From Mobula hypostoma (taxonomy: Eukaryota), in NCBI RefSeq assembly GCF_963921235.1, contig NC_086097.1, forward strand, positions 219,172,001 to 219,236,000: 64,000 bases of DNA, in the 5' to 3' direction. Numbering within the stretch: the stretch's first letter is position 1; each line of letters begins with the position of its first letter. The notes beneath the pieces were generated by a model that searched no databases, was not told the DNA's origin, and saw only the letters and a list, made by a program, of their open reading frames with translations. Positions 51,756-63,273 of this stretch are shown in pieces. A program made the translations under genes and the position numbers.

Positions 51756-54700
51756 TGTCACCCTGATGGAGGCATTGGGAGCAAGGGTGGACCCAAATGC
51801 AAGACACATCTTGTGAGGTTACTTAGATTTAGTTTATTGTTGGATACCAGGAGAGCAAGGCAGGAGCAGGAGTAGCAAACTGGACAAGGACTCAGGACTA
51901 CGACTAGGCTGGGACCAAGGGTCTGGGCTTGAACTCAGAATCAGCTCCCAGAACTAGAGGAGACATGAAGAGGCTAGGGTATGGACTCCGAGCCCGAGAC
52001 TGGGCAAGGACCCAGTACCTGGGTCTTGCCTCGGGCTCGGACCCCAGAACCAGGCATGGACATAACATGGGCTAGGGAGAGGAGGAACATGGAAACACAG
52101 AGCCTCGGTCTCGGGGAGCAGGTACATGGAACCATGGAACATACACAGAACACAGAGTCGGGACCCCTCCTTGGGTACAGGACATAGGGCCGGGACTCAC
52201 ACACAGACCAGAGGGCCGGGACTCGCACACAGCACACAGAGTCGGGACCCCTCCTTGGGTACAGGACATAAGGCCGAGACTCATGACCCTCCGCGCGGCA
52301 ACGGCAAGACAGCCTGACATACCCTACGGAGGCGAGGACAAGACAGGACGGAACATGACCCCCCGCGGGGCAACGGCAAGAGGGTCTGACCTACCCCACG
52401 GAGGCGAGGACAAGACATGACTCCCTGCAGGGCAACAGCAAGACGGCCAGACTTATCCCACGGAGGTGAGGACAAGACAAGACAAGACCAACACGAATGT
52501 ACACCAGACAGTACCTATCTAGCTCCAGTGATGGAACTAGACCGAAGTGCAGGCGGGGGCTGCAGATGAGGGCTAGAGGCAAGAGGGGCAGAGAAGGAAT
52601 TCAGACAAGGGGGTAGGACAGGAATCACAGACCGCCAGGGCCAGGACTTGACTCAGAAACTGGAAACCACCAGGGCCCGGACTTGACTTGGTTCTTGAAT
52701 GCCGCCAGGGCCAGGACTTGACTTGGTGCTAGAATGCCGCCAGGACCAGGACTTGACTTGGTGCTAGAATGCCGCTGGGGACAGGACTTGACTTGGTATT
52801 AGAATGCTGCCAGGGAAGGGACCTGACTTGGTGCTAGAATGCCGCCAGAGCCAGGATTGACTTGGAGCCTCCGGGTAGTGGTAAGCTCTTGACTTGGCCC
52901 GGGAACAGTAGACAGCAGTTCTTGATTCACTCTGGCGGGTTAACTGACGGACCCACCTTGGTGAGGAAACTTTGCAGGCTTGCTTTGGCGAGATAACTGG
53001 ACAGGGTTGCTCCGGTGCGGAAAAGGTGAATTACCGGCACTCGCTTCGGCAGAGGCTAGGCTTGCCCCGGCCAGATGACATCGGCACACCGTACCTTAGA
53101 TGACTTTGCAGACGCTCCTGCCCCGAACGGCTGAAAGCCGGAGACTATAAACTACCGGTTCAGCTGAGTGTTAATTGCCTCTAATCACCAAAGTCGAGGG
53201 ACACGGGAAAACAGGGAATCAACGGTACGGATCGTAACATAAACAAGCTAAATTTAAAGGGATCCCGATCCGGTCCATGACAGTCCCCCCATCCCAATGG
53301 GAGCCTCCAGGCAACCAACAGACTTGCCTGTATTATCGATGACCTGGGTGGGTGGGTGGGGATTTGGCCAGCGGGCACAAAAACAGAACAACACCTTGAC
53401 TTTCAGGCTGACAAGAGTTTGGAAAAACAGTTTGTGTCTGCTGGGGTCATGTTTGGCAAGAGCGTTCTGTCACACTGACGGGGGCATTGGGAGCAAGGGT
53501 GGACCCAAATCCAAGACACATCTTGTGAGGTTACTGAGATTTAGTTTATTGTTGGATACCAGGAGAGCAAGGCAGGAGCAGGAGTAGCAAACTGGACAAG
53601 GACTCAGGACTACGACTAGGCTGGGCCCAAGGGTCTGGGCTTGGACTCGGAATTGGCTCCCAAAACTAGGGGAGACATGAAGAGGCTAGGGTATGGACTC
53701 CAAGCCCGAGACTGGGCAAGGACCCAGTACCTGGGTCTTGCCTCAGGCTCGGACCCCAGAACCAGGCATGGACATGACATGGGCTAGGGAGAGGAGGAAC
53801 ATGGAAACACAGAGCCTCGGTCTCGGGGAGCAGGTACATGGAACCATGGACACATACACAGAACACAGAGTCGGGACCCCTCCTTGGGTACAGGACATAG
53901 GGCCGGGACTCATGACCCTCTGCGGGGCAACGGCAAGACAGCCTGACTTACCCCATGGAGGCGAGGACAAGACAGGACGGAACATCACCCCCCGCGGGGC
54001 AACAGCAAGATGGCCTGACTTACCCCACGGAGGCAAGGAAAAGACAAGACAAGACAAGACCGACACAAATAAACACTAGACAGTACCTATCTAGCTCCGG
54101 TGATGGAACTAGACCGAAGTGCAGGCGGGGGCTGCAGACGGGGGCTAGAGGCGAGAGGGGCAAAGAAAGGATTCAGACAAGGGGGTAGGACAGGAATCAC
54201 AGACCGCCAGGGCCAGGACTTGACCCAGAACTGGGAAGCCGCCAGGGCCAGAACTTGACTTGGTGCTTGAATGCCGCCAGGGCCAGGACTTGGTGCTTGA
54301 ATGCTGCCAGGAACAGGACTTGACTTGGTGCTAGAATGCCGCCGGAGCCAGGACTTGTCTTGGAGCCTCCGGGTAGTGGTGAGCTCTCGACTCAGCCCGG
54401 GAACAGTAGACAGTGGTTCTTGATTCCCTCCGGCGGGTTAACTGACGGACCTACCTCGGTGAGGAAACTTTGCAGGCTTGCTTTGGCGAAAACTGGACAG
54501 GGTTGCTCCGGTGTGGAAAAGGCGAATTACCGGCACTTGCTTCGGCAGAGACTAGGCTTGCTCCGGCCAGATGACATCGGCACACCGTACTTTAGATGAC
54601 TTTGCAGACGCTCCCGCTCCGAACAGCTGAAAGCTGGAGGCTATAAACTACCAGTTCAGCCAAGTGTTAATTGCCTCTAATCACCAAAGTCGAGGGACAC

Positions 54701-54778
54701 AGGAAAACAGGGAATCAATGGTCCAGATCGTAACATAAACAAGCTAAATTTAAAGGGACCCTGATCCGGACCATGACA
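51756..54778 (-). mobile_element. Non-autonomous Gypsy (sushi/chromovirus-like) LTR element: LTR 53468-54778, internal 53283-53467, LTR 51756-53282
   Basis: Both LTRs TGTCA...TGACA; 5-bp TSD ttcaa (51751-55, 54779-83); PPT gggatggggggac next to the 3' LTR; ATG ACC CCA GCA GAC gag-like start after the PBS. Confidence 0.92.
52631..52866. repeat. About 35-bp tandem array inside the LTR (7 units; 5 units at about 54203-54364)
   Basis: Unit gccgccagggccaggacttgacttggtgctagaat, without spacers. Confidence 0.9.
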
Positions 54779-56049
54779 TTCAAACAGTGCTTTTGACAAT
54801 TACATCCTCCAAATCTTCATTTTTATTGTAATGTTCAAGCAGATTGTTGATAGCTTCAAATTATTCATAATTCCTAACTTGCTGAAGTAGTGAGATTGTC
54901 TCATTTTCACTCTTGACCATTTCTTGTATCTCAAAGTCTGAATGCTTGAAACCGCAATGAGCAAAATAATCCTGAATTGTCTTGCTGTTTATTATTTGCC
55001 AACTGTCAGTGACAAAAATCTCTGCAAGTAGTACTATTTTAAAACAGTTTGTTCTAAGCACAGAGTAGTGTCTACTGGCCACACGGCGTGCATGACTCAC
55101 GCTAGTTAGAAAATGTTCAGCAACGGATGCCTGCCCTAATTAAGTGGCATATTGTCCCAAATAGGTGGCTGCCCGGTTTAACCGATGGCCCAATTAATCG
55201 GAATCCACTGTATTTAGAAGAATTTGGGGTCACCTACTTCAGCAGATGGTTATGCATCCATGGAAGGAACTGCCAGAGAAAGTGATTGAGGCAAGCCCAT
55301 TAACACATTTAAAAGTCACTTGGACTGGTACATAGATTGGAAAAGTTTCGAGGGCCAAACGCAGGCAAATTTGGCTGGCTTAGTTGGGGATCTTAGTTGG
55401 TATGAACGAGTTGGTCAATAAGCCTATTTCTGTTCTGAGTGACTCTATAGTCCTATGACATGAAAGGAAACCATTCACCCCATTAAGTTCATCCTGGCTC
55501 TCAACACAATCCCATTCCTCACTAATTTTGTCCAGCATTCACATCAACTCCGCTCTCCCCACCATTGCACTCATGATTCTACCCAACACCCTCCCCCCTC
55601 CTCAACACCAGGGACACTTCAGAGTGCCTGATATCTTATCAATATGCATTTTTGGGAGGAAATTGGAGCACTTGGAAGAAGACCATGAAACTACAGTGAG
55701 GACTACAAGTTTTTTACAGATGACTTATTATGTTTGCCAATGTGCTGGTATTTTGGGGTGGGCTGGAGAGGTGAAGTGCACTTCTGTGCTCTTGAAAATG
55801 GATGTTGATAGAACTCAGTTCTGTTGTTTGATTTATGTAGGAATATTCAACAGTATACTACAAACAATATCCCAAAACTTGCAAATAAAGTGTACTTTGA
55901 CACTCCACTAGGGTCACTTCTGCAGATCACACAGTGCTGTAATCCTATTGTGCTTCTGATTGGGTTGATGTACCTATCAATTCAACATTTCTTGCCAGAG
56001 TTCCATGCTTAGTACAATACAAATAATTTGTGCTTTCTGCTTCTTCCAG

Positions 56050-56057
56050 GTTTATGA
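56050..56057 (+). CDS. Probable terminal coding exon (C-L-stop)
   Basis: Strong acceptor tgctttctgcttcttccag; the phase-1 join gives TGT TTA TGA; followed by AT-rich non-TE sequence with several AATAAA. Confidence 0.55.
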
Positions 56058-56660
56058 CCTGACAAAGTGATTTCCAGAGAGATTTATAACATGTTACTCA
56101 GTAGAAGACAAATGAAAAGCTTGAATATCTTCTGTGCATTGAAGTAAAACTACACAATTTTTATATTTTTATAAGGACAACCAGTTAAAATGAGAAATTA
56201 TACAATTGATATAATAGAGTATTGCATTGCACCACTAATTATCATAGCCTGTTTGTAATAAATCATTTTAAATAAATATAACAAGAAATTAATTTGTGTT
56301 ATGAATGCCATGTATGTTTCATTGGGAGTATTATATTTTCAGTGTATTTTTATAAAACATTTATTGGGGAATCAAGTGAATGTTGCTCTTTTATCTTATG
56401 TAAGTCTTTAGTTTCAAATGCGTGAACACTTATTAAATGAAGTACAAGGATCCTTGCTTTAGAGAGCTTACAACACAATCCACCAACAGACCACTCCACT
56501 AGATTTTACTGCAACTTTCTGATTAATGTGATGGGATCTTTGATCTTGGGTCACGAATAAAAAATGATTTTTTCTTAATTAAAAATTATATCATTGGGAA
56601 AATATTACATTTTTATTTCATATTAAATTCAAAGAAACAAAATAAACTGAAACATGAAGG
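56058..56660 (+). other. Probable 3' UTR with polyadenylation signals
   Basis: AT-rich, TE-free; AATAAA near 56257, 56271, 56556 and 56641. Confidence 0.45.
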
Positions 56661-56929
56661 CACTGAATGCATTAGCTCTCATTGCCAAGGATAATATGAT
56701 GAAAATTAAATTCTTAAGATTAAAGATACAAACAATTATTATTGTATTTTCCATTCTAGTCACAAATCTTCAAACCTAATACTATCTATTCTTATCTTAT
56801 TTTCTCATTTATTATGAAATAGCTCCATATTGTTATTGAAGCTTCTGATAAGGTGGCAGCATACTTGGACACAATGGCTTCTGTGGGGCCACCAAAGGTG
56901 GTATTTTCTTTTCTAAAATTCCTTGTTTC

Positions 56930-57600
56930 GATTGTAAGACGCTGCTGAACATTAAAAAATTCAAGTACTGCAGGTCTATCCATCAGCAAGTTGCTTGTCG
57001 GTGGACGTGCTGGACTTGGTGTGGACCTGCTGCAAGGAGGTGTCGGAATCGTTACGCAAAGGCGGTTTGCAGTCTAACAGCGAACGATTTTCTTGGGCAT
57101 TTTTCTTGTGATTGCAAGACCCTTTTGGATATTGTTAATGTGGAACGGCTGCAAGTCTGGTTCACTGGCTTATCGAAAGGATTGGCAGCAGGAGAGCTGT
57201 GTTGCCTTGGTTACAGCACGGACTGTGCCTCAAGCCACGGTGTTGCCTGTTTTCTGCCGCCCCAGAAAGAGGCATTGGGGTTGGTCTGATGTGGTCTTCA
57301 TGCTGACATCAGTGCTGCCCTCCAGTATTAGGTAGGAAACCAGCTGGATTGCGTTCGTCTGCAGACTGCTGCAGGCTTGCTTTTGTCTTTAACATTCATG
57401 GACTCAGGGATTTGGGCTAATATATTTTTTGTGTGACTGTATGTTTACTGCCATCTTATATGTGCTATATGTGTCTTGTGCTCTGTATGACCGTTGGTGC
57501 TGTTTTGCACCGTAGCCCTAGAGGAATGTTGTCTCGTGTGGCTGTGTTCACGGGTATTCATGTATAGTTGAATGACAATTAAATTTGAGCTTGAGCTTGA
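56930..57600 (+). mobile_element. Unclassified retroposon with Rex-type 3' tail
   Basis: Ends gaatgacaattaaatttgagcttgagcttga; the tail resembles 18340-18462. Confidence 0.5.
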
Positions 57601-57989
57601 CACCCTAAAGTTGTAAGTACTTCTTCTCTGCATTGGGGAGTAAGGCAAACAAACAACCATCTCCAGGAAGTTGGTTTGGGTGCTCATTTAAATGTTAAGT
57701 AAGACTGAGTGCATCAAGTATAATCTTAGTTCTAAGTTTAATATTGGCCAAACTGTTTCCTACATCTCTTTGTGCATTTTGTTTAACTGCACAATCCAGC
57801 TAATGAAACTCCCCCCTTGCCCTCTGCCCACATTCAGAAACCACTCAAAAAATGCTTCTGATCTACCCCTGAAACTTTGATCTCCTCTAGGTTTTTTAAA
57901 CTCTCCTGTAACCTTTCAGGTCACTTGTAACCTTCCTACTTCCCATTAACATTCCAGTAAACACCTGACTATCCATCTTCCCCCATTGA

Positions 57990-58428
57990 ACATTATGGTC
58001 CTAAAGAATTCCTGCTTACCTGGCCTGGAATATCTAATGGTGAAGTGTCGCCTATACTACCTGCCATGGGCATTCACTTTAGCATCCCTGACAGCATACA
58101 TTACAGCCTGCACTCAAAGAACTATACTCCGTGATCAACAGCTCTGAAATAGGATACCCTGAGGCACTCTTCATCATAGCTAGTGACTTCAAACAGGCCA
58201 GCATCTCAAGTGTGTTACCGAAATACTACCAGCATGTCTCCTAACCCAGCAGCAGCCCAAACACCTTGGACCATTGCTACACAGGTGCTAAAATGTGTAT
58301 TGAACTACACCACCCCTCACAACCCAGACGTCGGTAAATCAGACCACCAGGCTGAGCTCTTTCTCTCAGTGTACAAACAGAAAATGGAACAAAAAGATCA
58401 GGTACAGAGGAATAGATCATCTTCTTAT
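57990..58428 (+). mobile_element. Rex1/Babar endonuclease fragment
   Basis: LEYLMVKCRLYYLP, TLDHCYT, GKSDHQA motifs. Confidence 0.75.
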
Positions 58429-58542
58429 CGTGTCCACAGACAGTCTATGAAATAAGAAGAAGATCTATTCCTCTGTACCTGATCTCTTTGTTCCATTTTT
58501 TGTTTGTACACTGGGAGAAAGAGCACAGCCTGGTGGTCTGAT
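58338..58542. repeat. 91-bp inverted duplication with 23-nt spacer
   Basis: 58338-58428 versus 58452-58542, 5 mismatches by eye. Confidence 0.9.
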
Positions 58543-58589
58543 AATAGATGAACTTCCATGATTCTTCCTGAGATTCCTTGACTCCATTT

Positions 58590-60620
58590 TAACATAAGAA
58601 CATAAGATATAGGAGCAGGAGTAGGCCATCTGGTGTAGCCTGCTCTGCCATTCAATAAGATCAAGGCTGATCTGGCCATGGACTCATCTCCACCTACCTG
58701 CATTTTCCCCATAACCCTTAATTCCCCTACTGTGCAAAAAATCTATCCAACCTTGTCTTAAATATATTTACTGAGGTAGCCTCCAGTGCTTCATTGGGCA
58801 GAGAATTCCACATATTCACTACTCTCTGGGAAAAGCAGTTCCTCCTCATCTCCATCCTAAATCTACTCCCCCAAATCTTGAGACTATATCCCCTAGTTCT
58901 AGTCTCACCTACCAGTGGAAACAACTTTCCTGCCTCTATCCTATCTATTCCTTTCATAATTTTATATGTTTCTACAAGATCCCCTCTCATTCTTCTGAAC
59001 TTCAGAGAGTACAGTCCCAGGCGACTCGATTTCTCCTCATAGTCTAACCCCCTAATCTCTGGAATCAACCTGGTGAACCTCCACCGCACCGCCTCCAAAG
59101 TCAATATGTCCTTCCTCAAGTAAGGAGACCAGAACTGCACGCAGTACTCCAGGTGCTGCCTCACCAGTACCCTGTACAGTTGCAGCGAAACCTCACTTCT
59201 CTTAAATTCAATCCCTCCAACAATGAAGGCCAACATTCCATTTGCCATCTTGACAGCCTGTTCACCTGCAAAACAACCTTTTGTGATTCATGCACAAGTA
59301 CTCCAAGTCCCTCTTCACAGCAGCATGCTGTAATTCTTAGCCATTTAAATAATAAACTGCTTTCATTTTTCCTTCCGAAGTGGAACACCTTGCATTTACT
59401 GGACCATTTTGCCAGACCTTTGCCCACTCACTTAACCTAGCTCTATCTCTCTGCGGACTCTGTATCTTCTGCACAATTTGCTTTTCCACTCAATTTAGTA
59501 TCATCAACAAACTTGGATACACTACACTCGGTCCCCTCCTCCAGATCATTAATACATATCGTGAATAGCTGTGGACCCAGCACCAACCCCTGTGGCACAC
59601 CGCTTACCACTGATTGCCAACCAGAGTAACACCCATGTATCCCAACTCTCTGCTTTCTATTAGTTAACCAATCCTCTATCCATGCTGATTCATCATCCCC
59701 AACTCTATGCATCCTTATCTTATGGATGTCTTTTATGTGGCACCTTATCAAACACCTTCTGGAAATCCAAGTAAATAACATTTATTCTGTTCCCCTCTAT
59801 CTTCTGCACTCGTTATATCCTCAAAGAACTCGAGTAAGTTTGTCAAACAAGACCTGCCTTTGCTGAATCCATGCTGCATCTGCCTGATGGATACATTTCT
59901 TTCCAGAAGCCTCGCTATTTCTTCTTTAATGATAGCTCAAGCATTTTCCCAAATACAGATGTTAAATTAACTGGCCTATAGTTACCTTCCTTTTGCCTAC
60001 ATCCTTTTTTGAACAGCGGCGTGACATTCGCCGTCTTCCAATCCCCCGGGACCTCTTCAGAGTCCAGAGAATTTTGGTAAATCATCACCAAGGCCTCTTC
60101 AAAACTTCTGCCATTTCTTTCAGTACCCAGGGATGCATTCCCTCAGGACCAGGGGAATTATCTATCTTCATCCCCACAAGTTTGGTCAGCTCAGCACTAC
60201 CTCTTTAGTGATAGCTATTGTATCGAGGTCCTCTCCTCTCATCGCATCCATAACATCTCTCTTTGGCATGTTAGATGTGTCCTCCACCATGAAGACCGAC
60301 ACAAAATAGTCATTACCTCATTACCCAGTAACAGTTCTCCCTTCTCATCCTCCAAGGGACCTACATTCACTTTAACCATCCTTTTCCATTTTATATAATT
60401 ATAAAAAATTTTACTATGTTTTTATATTTTGTGCTAGTTTATTTTCATAATCTAGCTTCCCCTTTTTTTTATTGCTCTCTTAGTGCTACTTTGTTGCTTT
60501 TTAAAGTTTTCCCACTCTTCCAGTTTCCCACTACTCTTGGTGACTTTGTATGCTCGAGCTTTTAGTTTGATGCCTTTTATTCCCTTAGTATCCAAGGCTA
60601 CCTCTCCCCACGCTTACTGT
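58590..60620 (-). mobile_element. CR1 LINE, 5'-truncated
   Basis: aacataagaacataag tail; ORFs 58727..59248 and 59443..59781 (SGVPQGLVLGPQLF, KFVDDTK). Confidence 0.92.
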
Positions 60621-61005
60621 CCTTATCCCCCTTTTTATACAGCTTGATTCAGTCCCACCTACCTCTGTGACACTTCACACGCTCTCAATCTCCTCAACCA
60701 ATTTCGGGCCTAATCACCTCATTTTCATCACAGATGTTCGGTCCCGATACACTTTGATTCCCCAGCAAGAAGGCCTTAAAGTTCTCTGTTTTTTTCCTTG
60801 AAAACAGACCTGAACAGTACCCCTCCACCACCACCTGTCTGGCAAAACTGGTCCCCACACTCAACAACTTCTCTTTTGGCTCCTTCCATTTTCTTCAAAT
60901 TAAGGTGTAGCTATGGGCACCTTCACTGGGCCCGACTATGCCTGTCTTTTCACTGACTACGTGGAGCAGTCTATGTTCCAAGCCATCCCTGGTAATGCTG
61001 CTCAA

Positions 61006-62047
61006 TTCTGTTCAAGATGGCACTGCTGAACCAGGGTGACATGTTGTGGGCTGCTTACAAAACTTCTAGATCTACCTCTTTTGAATTAAACTCACTGCAA
61101 TCTGCAGCATGTAATTTCCCTTTGAGCAGCGTACTTTTGAAACATCTTAGTGAACTAGTGATTTCATGATCTTCTGAGGGATTCAGTGGACTTAGCTGTC
61201 AAGCGTGCACTTAAGACACCTTTAAGCAGAAAAAATGTACATCGCCAAGGCTGGAAGGAGGAGCAGACTCCAAGCCAGGCTGAATCGTAGGGGAATGATA
61301 CCTCCTGTACCCAGCATCTTGCTAGGAAATGTACAGTTGCTGGAGAACAAGATTGAGAACCTAAGGGCAAGATTTCTGTATCAGAAGGAAATGAGGAATT
61401 GCTGTGTTCTGTGTTTCACAGAGATATGGCTCACTCTAGACACTCTGGAAACACTGGCAAGCCCTGAAGATTTCTTGATACACAGGAGGACCGAACTGCT
61501 GATTTGGAGAAGGCTAGAGAAGGTGGTGTGTGTTTCATGATATGGCCTGTCCATCACGGGAAAAGCCCTCCCCACCATTAAGTACATTTTACATGGAGTG
61601 CTGTTGCCGGAAAACTGCATCTATCATCAAGGCTCAGCAGCCCTCACACCATGCTCTCTTCTCACTGCTATCGTCAGGAAGAAGCTACAGGAGCCTCAGA
61701 ACACACACCACCAGGACAACGGATAGTTATTACCCCTCAACCATCAGGCTAGTGAACCAGTAGGGTAACTTAACTCAACTTCACTTGCTCCATCACTGAA
61801 CTGTTCCCACAACCTGTGGACTCATTTCCAAGGACTCTTCATCTCATTCTCTCAATATTTATTGTTTGTTTTTTTTTTCCTTTTGTATTTGCCCAGTTGT
61901 CTTTTGCACATTGATTGATTGACATGTTGGATGCGGTTTTTTATTGATTTTGTTATGTTTCTTAGATTTACTGCATACTGTATTGCAAGAAAGCAAATCT
62001 CGGGGTTGTATATGTATTTTGATAATAAATGGATTTTGAACTTTGAA
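61006..62047 (+). mobile_element. Rex1/Babar element with 5' and 3' ends but central deletion
   Basis: Starts caagatggc; PSILLGNVQLLENKIENL...CVLCFTEIWL joined at about 61535 to C-terminal SGRSYRSLRTHTTR..DSYYP; tail tttgaactttgaact. Confidence 0.8.
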
Positions 62048-62388
62048 CTCTTTCTGTGTTGTATTGACAACTGCATTGGTGCTGTTCCAATCATCCATGT
62101 TGAACTCGTCAATTTTATCAACTCTACCTCCAACTTCCACCCTTCCCTTAAACTCATGGTTCATTTCTGACAGGTCTCCCCTTTCTCAATCTCTCTGTCT
62201 CCATCTCGGGAGAAAAGCTGTCTACTGATACCTTTTCCAAACCAACCTTTTCCTATGGCTATCTTGACTCTATCTCTTCTCACCCTGTCACCTGTAAAAA
62301 TGCCATTCCCATTTTCTCAGTTCCTTTGTCTCTGCCACATCTGCTCCCAAGATGAGGCTTTCCTTTCAAGGACATCACAGATATATTC

Positions 62389-63273
62389 TGTGACAGGAAT
62401 ACACATAGATTAAGATGTAGCTGTCCTGTGCTGGCACCGGTGGGATCAGCAGTTGGTCTGCCACCTGTCTTCAGGACAGAGAGAGAGATAAGGAAAACAA
62501 TGGAGCAGCATTCGGAGATGTGTAATGAAGGGGAAGGAGAGCTGTCAAGAGCAGCTCCCCCTTTGAACCCTGAACTGTTTGAAGTGATGGACAGGCGATA
62601 CCCCAGCAAGGGGATAAAAAGGGACAGGTTCGCTAAGGCAGACACACACGACACCCGAGGTAACGAGACCCTGGAAGTGGTGCACCTCTCACAAGTCGGT
62701 GGTAAGCTTTTGCATGGCTGATCGCGGGATCAAGCCATAGACGCTCAGGGTGGAAAGGCACGATCGGCGGGAACCTGGTGTGTGTCCACCCTTGCCTGGG
62801 TGCCAGGTTCACCGCAGTGAAACGATTCGTATCTGGAAACGGAGGGGTCACGGTCGGTGACCTCAGATGACATCACAAAGGACTCACCCGAAAGCTGACT
62901 GCGAAGGTCTGTGTGGAAGCTGTGTTGAATATTCATTCGTTTTGCTCTCTCTCCCCCCCCCCCCGCGCCCCACTGTTCATCGCCACGGCAGCGATTACTG
63001 CAAACTGAACTGAACTAAATTGAACTGAACTTTGCGTCACTTTGAAACTGGTCATTTACCCCTAGACAACGATAGAGCTTGATTAATCCTGTTATCTTAA
63101 TTCTGTGTACATGTGTGTTTATCATTGCTGAACTGTTGTATTTATTAACCTTTTTGATTAGAGTACTGTGTTGCTTGTTTCTTTAATAAAACTTTCTTAG
63201 TTCTAGTAATCCAGACTCCAACTGAGTGATCCATTTCTGCTGGTTTGGCAACCCAGTTACGGGGTACGTAACA
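62389..63273 (+). mobile_element. Solo LTR (885 bp)
   Basis: TGTGAC...GTAACA ends; 4-bp TSD attc (62385-88, 63274-77); TATA-like gataaaaa at about 62613; AATAAA 63185-63190; cleanly interrupts the Penelope coding sequence. Confidence 0.9.

Larger units (their letters stand above)
49521..55210 (-). mobile_element. Tigger/pogo DNA transposon remnant hosting an L1 and an LTR element
   Basis: TIRs tagtggattctggttaattggg / cccaattaatcggaatccactg followed by TA; ORF 54861..55100 WQIINSKTIQDYFAHCGF; lies inside a CR1 remnant (about 49160-49520 and 55213-55460). Confidence 0.8.

Noticed and set aside
52631..52866. 35-bp repeats as a CRISPR array
   Set aside because: Head-to-tail units without unique spacers, inside a eukaryotic LTR, no cas genes.
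51954..54599. Many ORFs inside the LTRs
   Set aside because: GC-rich tandem repeats lacking stops; no gag, pol or env motifs.
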